Assembly (NCBI GenBank): GCA_947496555.1
Contig: CANMDH010000027.1
Span: 261-64,260 of the forward strand
Direction of reading: 5' to 3'
Length of the DNA: 64,000 nucleotides
Origin: an uncultured Aquimarina sp.
Lineage (GTDB): Bacteria; Bacteroidota; Bacteroidia; Flavobacteriales; Flavobacteriaceae
Notes under the pieces: model-generated
The model's input: only the letters and a program-made list of their open reading frames with translations
Databases searched by the model: none
Told to the model about the DNA's origin: nothing
Position numbers and translations under genes: made by a program
Part shown: piece after piece, positions 47,350 to 56,906 of the stretch
How the letters are laid out: every line of letters starts with the position of its first letter
Position numbering within the stretch: position 1 is the first letter of the stretch

Positions 47350-49326
47350 ATGAAGATATTAAAACTAATAGTAATTGTATTAGGCTTACTTACTACCAAT
47401 ATGTTTGCTCAAAAATCACCTTTTTATGAAGTGTATACTTGGCAAGAAAAACCTATTGAAAATATTGAATTAGATAAATTTAAGGATAAGGATATTGTAG
47501 CATTCAAGGATAAGACTGTAAATGAGTTCTTTTTTATAAATGAAAATGCTTTGGTTGAGTATTCTTTAGTGCATAAGATGTATTGGTTAAACTCTAATGA
47601 TAAGATTGAGGAATATAATAAAGTGTATCTTCCGTATTCGGCAGGGTCTGAAGTTGTTAAAAATAAGGCACGTGTAATAACAGCTGACGGAAAAATACAA
47701 GAACTAGATGATTCAAAAATTTTAACGGCCAAAGATGACGAAACTCAAAGGACCTATAAGTATTATGCCCTCGAAGGGGTAGAAAAGGGAAGTTTTATAG
47801 AGTATTATTATGTGGTTAAAAAGTATCCTGATTATACTGGAAACAGGATAACATTACAATCGGATATTGATAAACAAAATATCGAGTTTGATCTAATTGC
47901 ACCCGTAAATTTGATCTTTAAATCAAAGAGCTATAATGACTTGCCACAAATGGTTAGGGATACCACAAATACCGAAAAAAATCATTGGAAATTACATTTG
48001 GAGGAGCTTGAAGGGTTAGAAGATGAAGAACAGGCTCCATATAAGGCAATGGCCAAATATTTGATCTATAAATTAAAAAATAATTCAGCAAACCCTTCAA
48101 ATGATATTGTTACATATGGTATTGTTTCTCAAAATATTTATGGTTCTATATATGCCGAAAATGATAATAAGATAAATAGTAAACTCAATAAGTTTGTAGC
48201 ATCAATAGATGGAGCAAAAGATGAGGATTTGGCTCAAAAAATTAGAGCCATCGAAAATTACATAAAAACTAATGTATTTGTAACAGAGGTAAAACGAGAG
48301 GACCTTGAAGATTTGTCCAGTATTATAGATAATAAAGTTGCCAGCGAGTCTGGAGTGGTTAAGCTATACGGTGCTATTTTTAATGCATTAGATATTAAAC
48401 ATCAAATTGTTTTAACTAGTGATCGTAGAGAGCTTAAATTTGATAAATCGTTTGAAGCGTATAACTTTTTACAAGAATATTTGATTTATTTTCCTAAAAT
48501 CAAATTGTATATGGCACCCACAAAGTTAGAATCCAGACTTGGTTATCCACCTGGTTATCTAACAGATAATTATGGCCTGTTTATAAAACAAGTTACTTTG
48601 GGCGGTTTTACATCGGGTGTGGGAAGTGTAAAGTACATCAAACCCGTAAATTATGATAAGACCAATTACAACTTGGTGATGAATGTAAACTTTGATAGCG
48701 AAGACCTTACTATTACAAACCTAAAAATGGATCGTACTATGGATGGGTATTATGCTGTTTTTGTACAACCTTTTATGGATATTGCAAAGCAAGAGGATAA
48801 AGACGAAATGGCAGACGGAATTATCAAATCTATCAATGAGAATGTAGAAATAGTTGAAAAGAAAATGTTTAATGACTCCTCCAAAGATTTTGGTAACAAA
48901 CCTCTACAAATAATTGCAGATATAAAGTCTGAAGAGTTTGTTGAGAAGGCGGGTAATAAATATCTTTTCAAAGTAGGAGAGTTATTGGGTCCTCAGCAGG
49001 AAATGTATCAGGAGAAAGCTCGAATTCTGCCTGTAGAAAATGAATTTGAAAGAAGTTACGATAGAAAAATAATCGTTGAAATTCCTGAAGGATACCAGTT
49101 CAAGAATTTAGATAATATTAATATGGATGAATCTTATAAGGAAGATGATGAGGAATTATTCATGTTTAAATCTTCTTATGAAATAAAAGATAATCAACTT
49201 GTTATAGCCATTAAAGAATACTATAATAAAAATATTATAGGCGTTCCGATTTATGAAGAATATAGGACCGTTATTAATAGTGCTGCTAATTTTAATAAAG
49301 TAACATTAGTATTAGAGAAGAATTAA
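47350..49326 (+). CDS. DUF3857/DUF3858-type paralog lacking the transglutaminase catalytic triad
   Basis: 658 aa with a signal peptide. By eye it is collinear with the preceding protein, but the triad positions read Ser (ASESG), Leu (NFLQEY) and Ala (YMAPT). Confidence 0.8.
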   Translation: MKILKLIVIVLGLLTTNMFAQKSPFYEVYTWQEKPIENIELDKFKDKDIVAFKDKTVNEFFFINENALVEYSLVHKMYWLNSNDKIEEYNKVYLPYSAGSEVVKNKARVITADGKIQELDDSKILTAKDDETQRTYKYYALEGVEKGSFIEYYYVVKKYPDYTGNRITLQSDIDKQNIEFDLIAPVNLIFKSKSYNDLPQMVRDTTNTEKNHWKLHLEELEGLEDEEQAPYKAMAKYLIYKLKNNSANPSNDIVTYGIVSQNIYGSIYAENDNKINSKLNKFVASIDGAKDEDLAQKIRAIENYIKTNVFVTEVKREDLEDLSSIIDNKVASESGVVKLYGAIFNALDIKHQIVLTSDRRELKFDKSFEAYNFLQEYLIYFPKIKLYMAPTKLESRLGYPPGYLTDNYGLFIKQVTLGGFTSGVGSVKYIKPVNYDKTNYNLVMNVNFDSEDLTITNLKMDRTMDGYYAVFVQPFMDIAKQEDKDEMADGIIKSINENVEIVEKKMFNDSSKDFGNKPLQIIADIKSEEFVEKAGNKYLFKVGELLGPQQEMYQEKARILPVENEFERSYDRKIIVEIPEGYQFKNLDNINMDESYKEDDEELFMFKSSYEIKDNQLVIAIKEYYNKNIIGVPIYEEYRTVINSAANFNKVTLVLEKN

Positions 49327-49358
49327 AATGATTTAGGATATTTAAGATGTATATATTT

Positions 49359-49391
49359 AAAAAAGGTGGAACTATAGCTTCCATCTTTTTT
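49359..49391 (+). terminator. rho-independent (bidirectional-type) terminator after the three-gene operon
   Basis: AAAAAAGGTGGAA, a 7-nt loop (CTATAGC), then TTCCATCTTTTTT. The stem has one G:U pair. An A-tract precedes it and a T-tract follows. It begins 33 nt after the stop at 49326. Confidence 0.7.
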
Positions 49392-49558
49392 ATTTTCAAT
49401 TATGAAAACTTCGATTTGAAGTTTCAATGAATAAGAAAAACCGACCATAATAACACAAAGCAACTATATTGGTATGCTTCACTTTAAAAAATTGGAATGC
49501 TACATTTTAGAAGATCTTAAATAGCTTTGTTCATTAGGCTATTCATAATATATGTAAT

Positions 49559-49566
49559 TATATTTG
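49559..49566 (+). promoter_or_regulatory. candidate -7 box (TATATTTG) for the acylase gene
   Basis: Exact TAnnTTTG match 18 nt before the ATG at 49585. A second match, TAGCTTTG, lies at 49522-49529. Confidence 0.3.
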
Positions 49567-49584
49567 ATTAAACTTCTGATACCT

Positions 49585-51762
49585 ATGAAATACATTTATT
49601 TTATTTTAATACTTGTAGCGACTGCTTGTACTAAAGAACCACAAACAGAATTATCCCGTTGGGAAACTCATAGTGCCAATACCGAGATCATTAGAGATAA
49701 TTTCGGAGTCCCGCATATTTATGGAAAAACTGATGCAGATGCTGTATTTGGTTTATTATATGCTCAATGTGAAGATGATTTTAATCGTGTTGAAAGAAAT
49801 TATATTTGGGCCATCGGTCGACTTGCCGAGGTGGAAGGAGAAGAAGCAATTTATAGCGACCTCAGAGCAAGATTATTTATGACCAAAGAGGAAGCTATAC
49901 AGCGCTATGAGACTAGTCCCGAATGGTTAAAAAAACTTTGCGTAGCCTTTGCAGACGGAATTAATTATTACTTGTATAAACATCCAGAGGTTAAACCAAA
50001 ATTATTGACACATTTTGAGCCCTGGATGCCGATGTATTTTAGTGAAGGATCTATAGGAGGAGACATCGAACGTATATCCACAAAAGATATCGAAAAATTT
50101 TATGAAAAAGAACCCTCATCGGTTTTAGCAAGTAAAATTAATGATGGGCTCATACGCCTTGCAGATAATGAGCCAAGAGGTTCTAATGGATTTGCTATTT
50201 CAGGAAAATTAACAACATCAGGCAATGCTATGCTACTTATTAATCCACATACATCATTTTTCTTTCGTGGAGAAGTACATATGGTAAGTGAAGAAGGCTT
50301 AAATGCCTATGGAGCTGTTACCTGGGGACAATTTTTTGTCTATCAAGGATTCAACGAAAAAACGGGGTGGATGCATACTTCAACATATACCGATGTCATA
50401 GATAGTTTTATCGAAACTATTGTAAAGAATGAAAATGGATTGAAATATAAATATGGTGATGAACTTCGACCTGTTGAGACATTGGATGTTACCCTTAAAT
50501 ATAAAGAAGATGGAGTAATTAAAGAACGTAACTTTCCGGTGTACCGAACCCATCACGGTCCAATCACTCATGCAATTGATAAGAAATGGGTAGCAACAGC
50601 GATGATGTGGGATCCTGTAAAAGCCTTAACCCAGTCTTTTACTAGGACAAAATTAAATGGACATAAAGAGTTCAAAGAAATGATGAATATACGAACAAAC
50701 TCTTCCAATAATACGGTATACGCTGATGCAGAAGGAAATATAGCCTATTACCATGGTAACTTTATTCCGATAAGAAATGTAAAATATGACTATACGATGC
50801 CAGTAGATGGTAGTGACCCATCTACAGATTGGAAAGGATTACATACGGTAGATGAATCTATCACGGTGTTTAATCCTGCTAATGGATGGATACAAAACTG
50901 TAATTCTACACCTTTTACAAGCGCTGCAGAATACAGTCCAAAAGCTGAAGATTACCCCAGATATATGTCACGAAATCATGAAAATTTTCGAGGTGTGCAT
51001 GCAATACGATTATTAGAAAAAACTAAGGGATTAACGTTGGATAAATTGATTGAAATGGCATACGATCCCCATTTACCGGCTTTTGAAGTATTAATTCCAG
51101 GACTGATAGCTGCATATGATACATCTTCGGATCCTGATAAATCTTTAAATGAACCTATTGAAGTATTAAGAAACTGGGATTTTGCCGTGTCCAAAGAATC
51201 GGTGGCTATGTCATTGGCTCATTATTATGGCACTCATTATTTACAGGAGGGGAAAGCTCCTGAAAAGCTGAGTTTTATGGAACGGGTAAACTACTTTAGT
51301 GTAGCATCTCCAAAAGAAGAGCGAATTGCTATTTTTAAAAAAGCAGTAACCAAACTAACTGAAGACTTTGGTAGCTGGAATACTCAATGGGGCGATATTA
51401 ACCGTTATCAAAGACTTAATGGAGCGATCAGGCAACCTTTTGATGATAATAAACCTAGCATTGGCGTAGGTTTGGCTTCAGGCAGATGGGGAGCGCTGGC
51501 TTCATTTGGTGCTAGAGCTTATGAAGGTACCAAACGCATGTATGGGACATCGGGTAATAGCTTTGTTGCTGTGGTAGAATTTGGTGATAAGATAAAGGCA
51601 AAAAGTTTGCTCGCTGGTGGTCAAAGCGGACATCCTGATTCTCCGCATTTTGACGATCAGGTTCAACGGTATGTGGATGTAAATTTTAAAGATGTCGCTT
51701 ATTACCGAGAAGACGTAGAAAAAAGATCAAAAGCCGTATATCATCCAGGAAAGGAGAAGTAA
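49585..51762 (+). CDS. penicillin acylase family Ntn-hydrolase (AHL-acylase-like), lipoprotein
   Basis: The ATG at 49585 gives the lipobox LILVATAC, whereas the track start at 49564 is a TTG. The N-terminal FGVPHIYG motif and the autoproteolytic site RGSNGFAISG (Ser nucleophile) are typical of the family. Confidence 0.88.
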   Translation: MKYIYFILILVATACTKEPQTELSRWETHSANTEIIRDNFGVPHIYGKTDADAVFGLLYAQCEDDFNRVERNYIWAIGRLAEVEGEEAIYSDLRARLFMTKEEAIQRYETSPEWLKKLCVAFADGINYYLYKHPEVKPKLLTHFEPWMPMYFSEGSIGGDIERISTKDIEKFYEKEPSSVLASKINDGLIRLADNEPRGSNGFAISGKLTTSGNAMLLINPHTSFFFRGEVHMVSEEGLNAYGAVTWGQFFVYQGFNEKTGWMHTSTYTDVIDSFIETIVKNENGLKYKYGDELRPVETLDVTLKYKEDGVIKERNFPVYRTHHGPITHAIDKKWVATAMMWDPVKALTQSFTRTKLNGHKEFKEMMNIRTNSSNNTVYADAEGNIAYYHGNFIPIRNVKYDYTMPVDGSDPSTDWKGLHTVDESITVFNPANGWIQNCNSTPFTSAAEYSPKAEDYPRYMSRNHENFRGVHAIRLLEKTKGLTLDKLIEMAYDPHLPAFEVLIPGLIAAYDTSSDPDKSLNEPIEVLRNWDFAVSKESVAMSLAHYYGTHYLQEGKAPEKLSFMERVNYFSVASPKEERIAIFKKAVTKLTEDFGSWNTQWGDINRYQRLNGAIRQPFDDNKPSIGVGLASGRWGALASFGARAYEGTKRMYGTSGNSFVAVVEFGDKIKAKSLLAGGQSGHPDSPHFDDQVQRYVDVNFKDVAYYREDVEKRSKAVYHPGKEK

Positions 51763-51774
51763 TTCTTGTGTTAA

Positions 51775-51796
51775 TAATAAGTTTGAAAACTTGTTA
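51775..51796. terminator. weak AT-rich hairpin between convergent genes
   Basis: TAATAAGTT, TGAA loop, AACTTGTTA (one G:U pair). It lies between the acylase stop (51762) and the M1 stop (51857). Confidence 0.25.
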
Positions 51797-51856
51797 TGGA
51801 AAGCTAAACAATTCTCTACTTAATAAATACCACCTGATAAATGATCGATACAAACA

Positions 51857-53722
51857 TTATTTGATTGTAAAGAGGATATTATCTCTTGGATTTGTATCAG
51901 GGATGTAATCATTCCCTAATTGTATTTTTTCAATTCCCTTCGTTGTCTTGACTGTGAGGATCATGTTGTCTTTTTCTTGCCAAACCTTAGCAGAGTGATG
52001 AATACTTTGTGTTGTTTGATCTTTAAAAGTTATGGTTACGTCCAAAGGCACAGGAAGATCTCCTATTTTTTTTACAGTAATTTCATATACATTATTTCTT
52101 TCTTCTACTTGGGCAATACCCAAATCGGGATATCCGTTTTCAAAAAACCACTTTTTCCAAAACCAGTTTAAGTTTTGCTGAGATGTTTCATTTACATTGT
52201 AAAAAAAATCTAATGGAGTAGGATGTTTTCCTTTCCATGTTTCTATATAAGTGGCCAAACATTGCTTGAATAATTCTTTCCCCAGTATATCTTGCAAAAC
52301 ATATAATCCTACAGCTGGTTTCATATAGAAATTGAAATAGGAAGTTCTGCCTTTTAGCATGGTAGATTTGGTAGTAGATGCAATATTCGTATTAGTGTTT
52401 GCATAGGAGCTCATATTTCTGGCGTAACGTGTTAACCGATTTAATGAAGGTTCTTGTTTTTGCTGATACTCGTATGGGATCATTGCTGCAAATGCTTCAT
52501 CCATCCAGGCATGTTCTGTTTCATTGGTCAATACGTAAAATGGAAAATAATTATGAGCAATTTCATGGGCAGTGACATCTACGGTTCGGCCTCTGTTATC
52601 GGCCGAGGGATCATTTGCAATCATAGGATACTCCATACCACTGGCTCCGTTGGTACCATTAAATATGGTCATCGTTGGAAAGGGGAAAGGGTATGGAAGT
52701 TCATTTGAAAAGTAACGAATAGATTTTTTTGCTAAAAGCGCTACTTCGGTAAAATCTTTAGAATCAATCGGATAGGCGGTTTCTATAAAAATATTATTTC
52801 CGGAAACACCCTTTAATGATGTTCCATCCCAAAGGAAATGATCGCTCACACCAAAAGCCACATCAGAAACATTATTCGCTTTAAACACCCATTTATTATG
52901 AGACGTTATATGTTTTTCTGACGTGTAATCATCTTGATGTACTATCGAAATAATATCATCGCTTTTCTGAGCTAGTTTATAGTTATTATATATGTTTGGT
53001 GATAATACTTTTTCTGCATTTTGCAGCAGTCCAGAACCCCAAACCAGGTAGTCATCAGGTACTGTAACCGTATACTCATAATCACCGAGATCATAATAAA
53101 ATTCCTGTCCTCCGGTATGTATATTTTCGTCCCAGCCATTGATATCATCGTACACTGCAATTTTTGGGTACCACTGTCCCAGAAAGAAAGAAGTTTCATC
53201 TTTTGCCCCCATTCGGATATTACTTTTGGTAGGAATTGAAAAAACCCAGCTTAATTCAATATTAATCAATTCTGAAGGGAATATAGGTTGAGTAGGTTTT
53301 GCTATAATAAGAGTTCCTTCTGTACTATAATCCTTAATAAGTTCATCGCCAATTTTAAGCCGTTTGATCAAAACCCCAGAGTGAACATCATCTGGATGGA
53401 CTGGGTCATCTCGACGACTTCCTTTTTTATACAAATTTTGAAAAACGTGAAAAACGATCTGATGGAGTGTATCTGGACTATTGTTTTGGTACTTTATTAT
53501 TTCGGTACCAATTAGTTCTTTTTTTTGAGGGATAACTTCTGCATTAATCGTGTATGAAGCCGTGTTTTGCCAGTATTGTGTGCCTGGTATTCCTTTGGCT
53601 GTTCGAGTTCCTCTTTTAATGGCATCAGAAAAACTCTTGCTCATCGGTAATTTTTGCTGACTTACACCAACAAAAATTAAAAGAAACATAAAACTACAAC
53701 ATAGTACCTTTTTATAGAACAT
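51857..53722 (-). CDS. secreted M1 family (gluzincin) metallopeptidase
   Basis: 621 aa with a signal peptide. HEIAH, then exactly 18 residues, then E (WMDEAF), which is the HExxH-X18-E motif. Confidence 0.88.
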   Translation of the reverse strand: MFYKKVLCCSFMFLLIFVGVSQQKLPMSKSFSDAIKRGTRTAKGIPGTQYWQNTASYTINAEVIPQKKELIGTEIIKYQNNSPDTLHQIVFHVFQNLYKKGSRRDDPVHPDDVHSGVLIKRLKIGDELIKDYSTEGTLIIAKPTQPIFPSELINIELSWVFSIPTKSNIRMGAKDETSFFLGQWYPKIAVYDDINGWDENIHTGGQEFYYDLGDYEYTVTVPDDYLVWGSGLLQNAEKVLSPNIYNNYKLAQKSDDIISIVHQDDYTSEKHITSHNKWVFKANNVSDVAFGVSDHFLWDGTSLKGVSGNNIFIETAYPIDSKDFTEVALLAKKSIRYFSNELPYPFPFPTMTIFNGTNGASGMEYPMIANDPSADNRGRTVDVTAHEIAHNYFPFYVLTNETEHAWMDEAFAAMIPYEYQQKQEPSLNRLTRYARNMSSYANTNTNIASTTKSTMLKGRTSYFNFYMKPAVGLYVLQDILGKELFKQCLATYIETWKGKHPTPLDFFYNVNETSQQNLNWFWKKWFFENGYPDLGIAQVEERNNVYEITVKKIGDLPVPLDVTITFKDQTTQSIHHSAKVWQEKDNMILTVKTTKGIEKIQLGNDYIPDTNPRDNILFTIK

Positions 53723-53819
53723 TTTTAAATTTTTTAATCATTTAAGATTCATATACCTGATTCTAGGTGTATTTTTCATGAGCATTGTCCCTGTAAATCT
53801 TAGTGCTGACAACGCAATA

Positions 53820-56800
53820 TTATTCTAAATTCTTTTTGACCTTCGCAAATTCAACTTTTAAATGTTCAAAACGCATTTCGGCTTCTTTTCCAGGTAACTG
53901 ATCTGCATTACTGATCATATGATACAAATACATAATCTGATCAACCAGCATTGGCTTTGGGTAAGCGCCATCATCATTTTTTAATTGTTTAAGTACTTTT
54001 TCTACTTTTTTTAATCTTTCTGATGATTGGTTCTTTTCTTTCAACTTAATCACTTCGGTTTCCAGAGTGTCTTGAAACTTACGTGCTGCTGTAAGAAGTT
54101 CGCTAATTTCTTGTTGCTTTTCAATTTGCAAAACTATATCTTCTTTGGATACCCCATTGGCTTTTACCCTGGGATCGATTAAAAGTTCAAATGTTTGTTC
54201 TATAACGTTAGTATTCGTGCTTAATCTAACGGTGTAAATTCCCGGAGCTGCAATGGGTCCATTTTGAAATCTTCTAGAAACCTCTTTTGCCCATGGGCCG
54301 GAATGTCTTAAGTTCCAATTAAAACGATTTAAACCAGGTGTGTTGCTCAACGATTTGTCGACTAGATAAATGGTTTCATTAGTACTCATTGTACTTACAA
54401 CATTTTCAATTAATTTTGGTTTGGTTGTATCACTAACGTATGTCGCAATAATTATTTTATTAGCATTAAGAATATCTAGTTTTACACTAGTTTTATGATC
54501 TTTTGGTATATAATAATCAATAGCAACATTAGCTTGTGGATACACAGGAAATGTAGTTTGGCCATTACGTATCTTCGGATAACGATATCTTATCGTATTA
54601 TCCGGTTTAAATAACCAGGGAGAACTTCCTAGTTTATTGATTTCGGCTTGTCTTAACGAAGTGATATTATCCAATATCCAAAAAGAACGACCCATAGTAC
54701 TTACAATAAGGTCACCACGATAGATTTTAATATCGGTTACCGGCGTAACCGGCAAATTTTGCTGAAATGATTGCCATTTTTTACCATCATCGAATGAAAT
54801 AAACAATCCAAATTCTGTGCCCGCATACAATAGGCCTTCTCTTATAGGGTCTTCTCTTATTACCCGCGTTGGAAAATCAGCAGGAATACCATTACTGTCA
54901 GTGGTAATTAATTCCCAGGTTTTCCCATAATTCTCAGTTTTGTAAATATAAGGCTTTTCATCTCCCAATTGATATCGTAATATAGATACGTAGGCTTTTG
55001 CCGAATTATGAGAAGACGGCTCAACAGCATCAACCCGACCACCTTCTGGTAATTTAGATGGGGTAACGTTTGTCCATGTTTTTCCTCCATCTTTAGTAAG
55101 TTGAACTAGACCATCATTCGACCCTGTCCAAATTAATCCTTCTTTAATTTTAGATTCTCTGATAGAGTACAAGGTGCTATAATATTCTTCACCAGTAATG
55201 TCTCGGGTTATGGGGCTACCAGAAATAACTTGTTTGTCTTCCTCGAACGCTGTTAAATCTGGTGAAATTGTTTGCCAGGTTAATCCATCATCGGTCGTTT
55301 TGTGTAGATACTGGGAACCGTGATAGACGGTATTGGGATTATGTGGTGATATATGAATAGGAGCTACTCGCTGAAAGCGATATCGTAAATCTTTTGGATT
55401 ATGGCCATAGATATTGCTTGCACCAACATAGTATCCTTTTTCAACACTTGTTCGTTTATCAAAAACATTAAAACGTCCCTTACAGTTTGAATATACTATA
55501 GAATGATTTCCAGGTTTGGGTACTGCAGGTCCAGTTTCGCATCCTCCGGTATTTATAATCCAGCCAACTCCGGTATTTTGGATGGCACTTGGCGCAAAAC
55601 TTGGTACTGCGATAGTAGTATAATTATCCTGTTGACCGGCATACAACCAATAAGGGTACTGGTCATCAACTTCTACTTGGTAAAGTTCTGCTGTAGGTTG
55701 GTTAAACTGGCTTGACCATGTTTTACCCCCATTGTGAGTTACATTGGCACCCCCATCATTGGATTGAATAAATAACTCAGGATTATCTGGATTGATCCAG
55801 ATATCATGATTATCCCCATGTGGAGGCTTCATCTTAGTCCATGTTTTACCCCCATCGATAGATTTTAACATTGGGTTTGCCATTGAATATACTATTTCAG
55901 GGTTTTTAGGATCGACTTCAACGTTGGTATAATAAAAAGGTCTATTTACTAAACCTGCTTCATTTGATACCTGTTCGAAAGATTTGCCTTGATTTTCAGA
56001 TTTATACAGGCCCCCTTCTTTTCCCGGAGCCTCAATAATAGCATATAGGATACTTGAATCGACTGGTGACACTGCCAAATCTATCTTTCCTATTAATCCT
56101 TGAGGCAGGCCTTGACTTAGTTTTTTCCAGGTTTTTCCACCGTTTACTGATTTATAGATACCTCCTTCGCTCGTATCACCCCCAGAAACGATAGTCCATG
56201 GTTTGCGCTGAGCTTTCCATGCTGCTGCATAAACCACCTCAGGATTACCTGGCAACAATTCTAAATCAGCAAAGCCAACTTCATCAGAAATAAAAAGAAC
56301 TTTTTCCCAGGAGACTCCACCGTCTATAGTTTTGTAAATACCACGTTCAGAGTTGGATTTAAATGCATTACCAATAGCTGCAACCCACACAATGTTATGA
56401 TTTGTAGGATCTATTTCTACTGCACCTATATGTCCAGTATTCTTTAAACCTATATGCTGCCATGTTTTTCCTGCGTCAATTGATTTATACATTCCTTTAC
56501 CGGTAATAACGTTACTTCTAAGACCGTCAGAACCAGTACCCACATAAACAATATTAGCATCATGATGTGCTACGCCAATATCACCTATCGATGGCGTTGC
56601 GAAGTACCCATCAGAAACATTCTTCCATGAGGTGCCATAGTCTTCGGTTTTCCAAACTCCGCCACCTGAAGCTCCAAGATAAAAAGTTGAAGGTGTGGTT
56701 GGAGCCCCAGTAACTGCTGTTACACGACCACCTCTTCCGGGACCAACAGTTCTGTATTTCAATGCGCTAAAATTCTGTGCTATTATCTCTTGGGCACCTA

Positions 56801-56843
56801 AAAAGAGTAATAAACAAAAAATAATGTCATTTGTTATCCTCAT
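53820..56843 (-). CDS. secreted BNR/Asp-box repeat protein (sortilin/VPS10-like double propeller)
   Basis: About 11 Asp-boxes (SxDxGxTW-like): TEDYGTSW, SIDAGKTW, TIDGGVSW, SVNGGKTW, SIDGGKTW, HNGGKTW, TTDDGLTW, TKDGGKTW, TENYGKTW and SFDDGKKW, among others. The ATG at 56843 gives a signal peptide (MRITNDIIFCLLLFLGAQEIIAQ). The track start is 56894. Confidence 0.85.
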   Translation of the reverse strand: MRITNDIIFCLLLFLGAQEIIAQNFSALKYRTVGPGRGGRVTAVTGAPTTPSTFYLGASGGGVWKTEDYGTSWKNVSDGYFATPSIGDIGVAHHDANIVYVGTGSDGLRSNVITGKGMYKSIDAGKTWQHIGLKNTGHIGAVEIDPTNHNIVWVAAIGNAFKSNSERGIYKTIDGGVSWEKVLFISDEVGFADLELLPGNPEVVYAAAWKAQRKPWTIVSGGDTSEGGIYKSVNGGKTWKKLSQGLPQGLIGKIDLAVSPVDSSILYAIIEAPGKEGGLYKSENQGKSFEQVSNEAGLVNRPFYYTNVEVDPKNPEIVYSMANPMLKSIDGGKTWTKMKPPHGDNHDIWINPDNPELFIQSNDGGANVTHNGGKTWSSQFNQPTAELYQVEVDDQYPYWLYAGQQDNYTTIAVPSFAPSAIQNTGVGWIINTGGCETGPAVPKPGNHSIVYSNCKGRFNVFDKRTSVEKGYYVGASNIYGHNPKDLRYRFQRVAPIHISPHNPNTVYHGSQYLHKTTDDGLTWQTISPDLTAFEEDKQVISGSPITRDITGEEYYSTLYSIRESKIKEGLIWTGSNDGLVQLTKDGGKTWTNVTPSKLPEGGRVDAVEPSSHNSAKAYVSILRYQLGDEKPYIYKTENYGKTWELITTDSNGIPADFPTRVIREDPIREGLLYAGTEFGLFISFDDGKKWQSFQQNLPVTPVTDIKIYRGDLIVSTMGRSFWILDNITSLRQAEINKLGSSPWLFKPDNTIRYRYPKIRNGQTTFPVYPQANVAIDYYIPKDHKTSVKLDILNANKIIIATYVSDTTKPKLIENVVSTMSTNETIYLVDKSLSNTPGLNRFNWNLRHSGPWAKEVSRRFQNGPIAAPGIYTVRLSTNTNVIEQTFELLIDPRVKANGVSKEDIVLQIEKQQEISELLTAARKFQDTLETEVIKLKEKNQSSERLKKVEKVLKQLKNDDGAYPKPMLVDQIMYLYHMISNADQLPGKEAEMRFEHLKVEFAKVKKNLE

Positions 56844-56906
56844 AAATTTGTTTTTATGCTCGAGTTTAGCATTAAATGGAATTGTTTTATTCATTACTTT
56901 ATAGAA

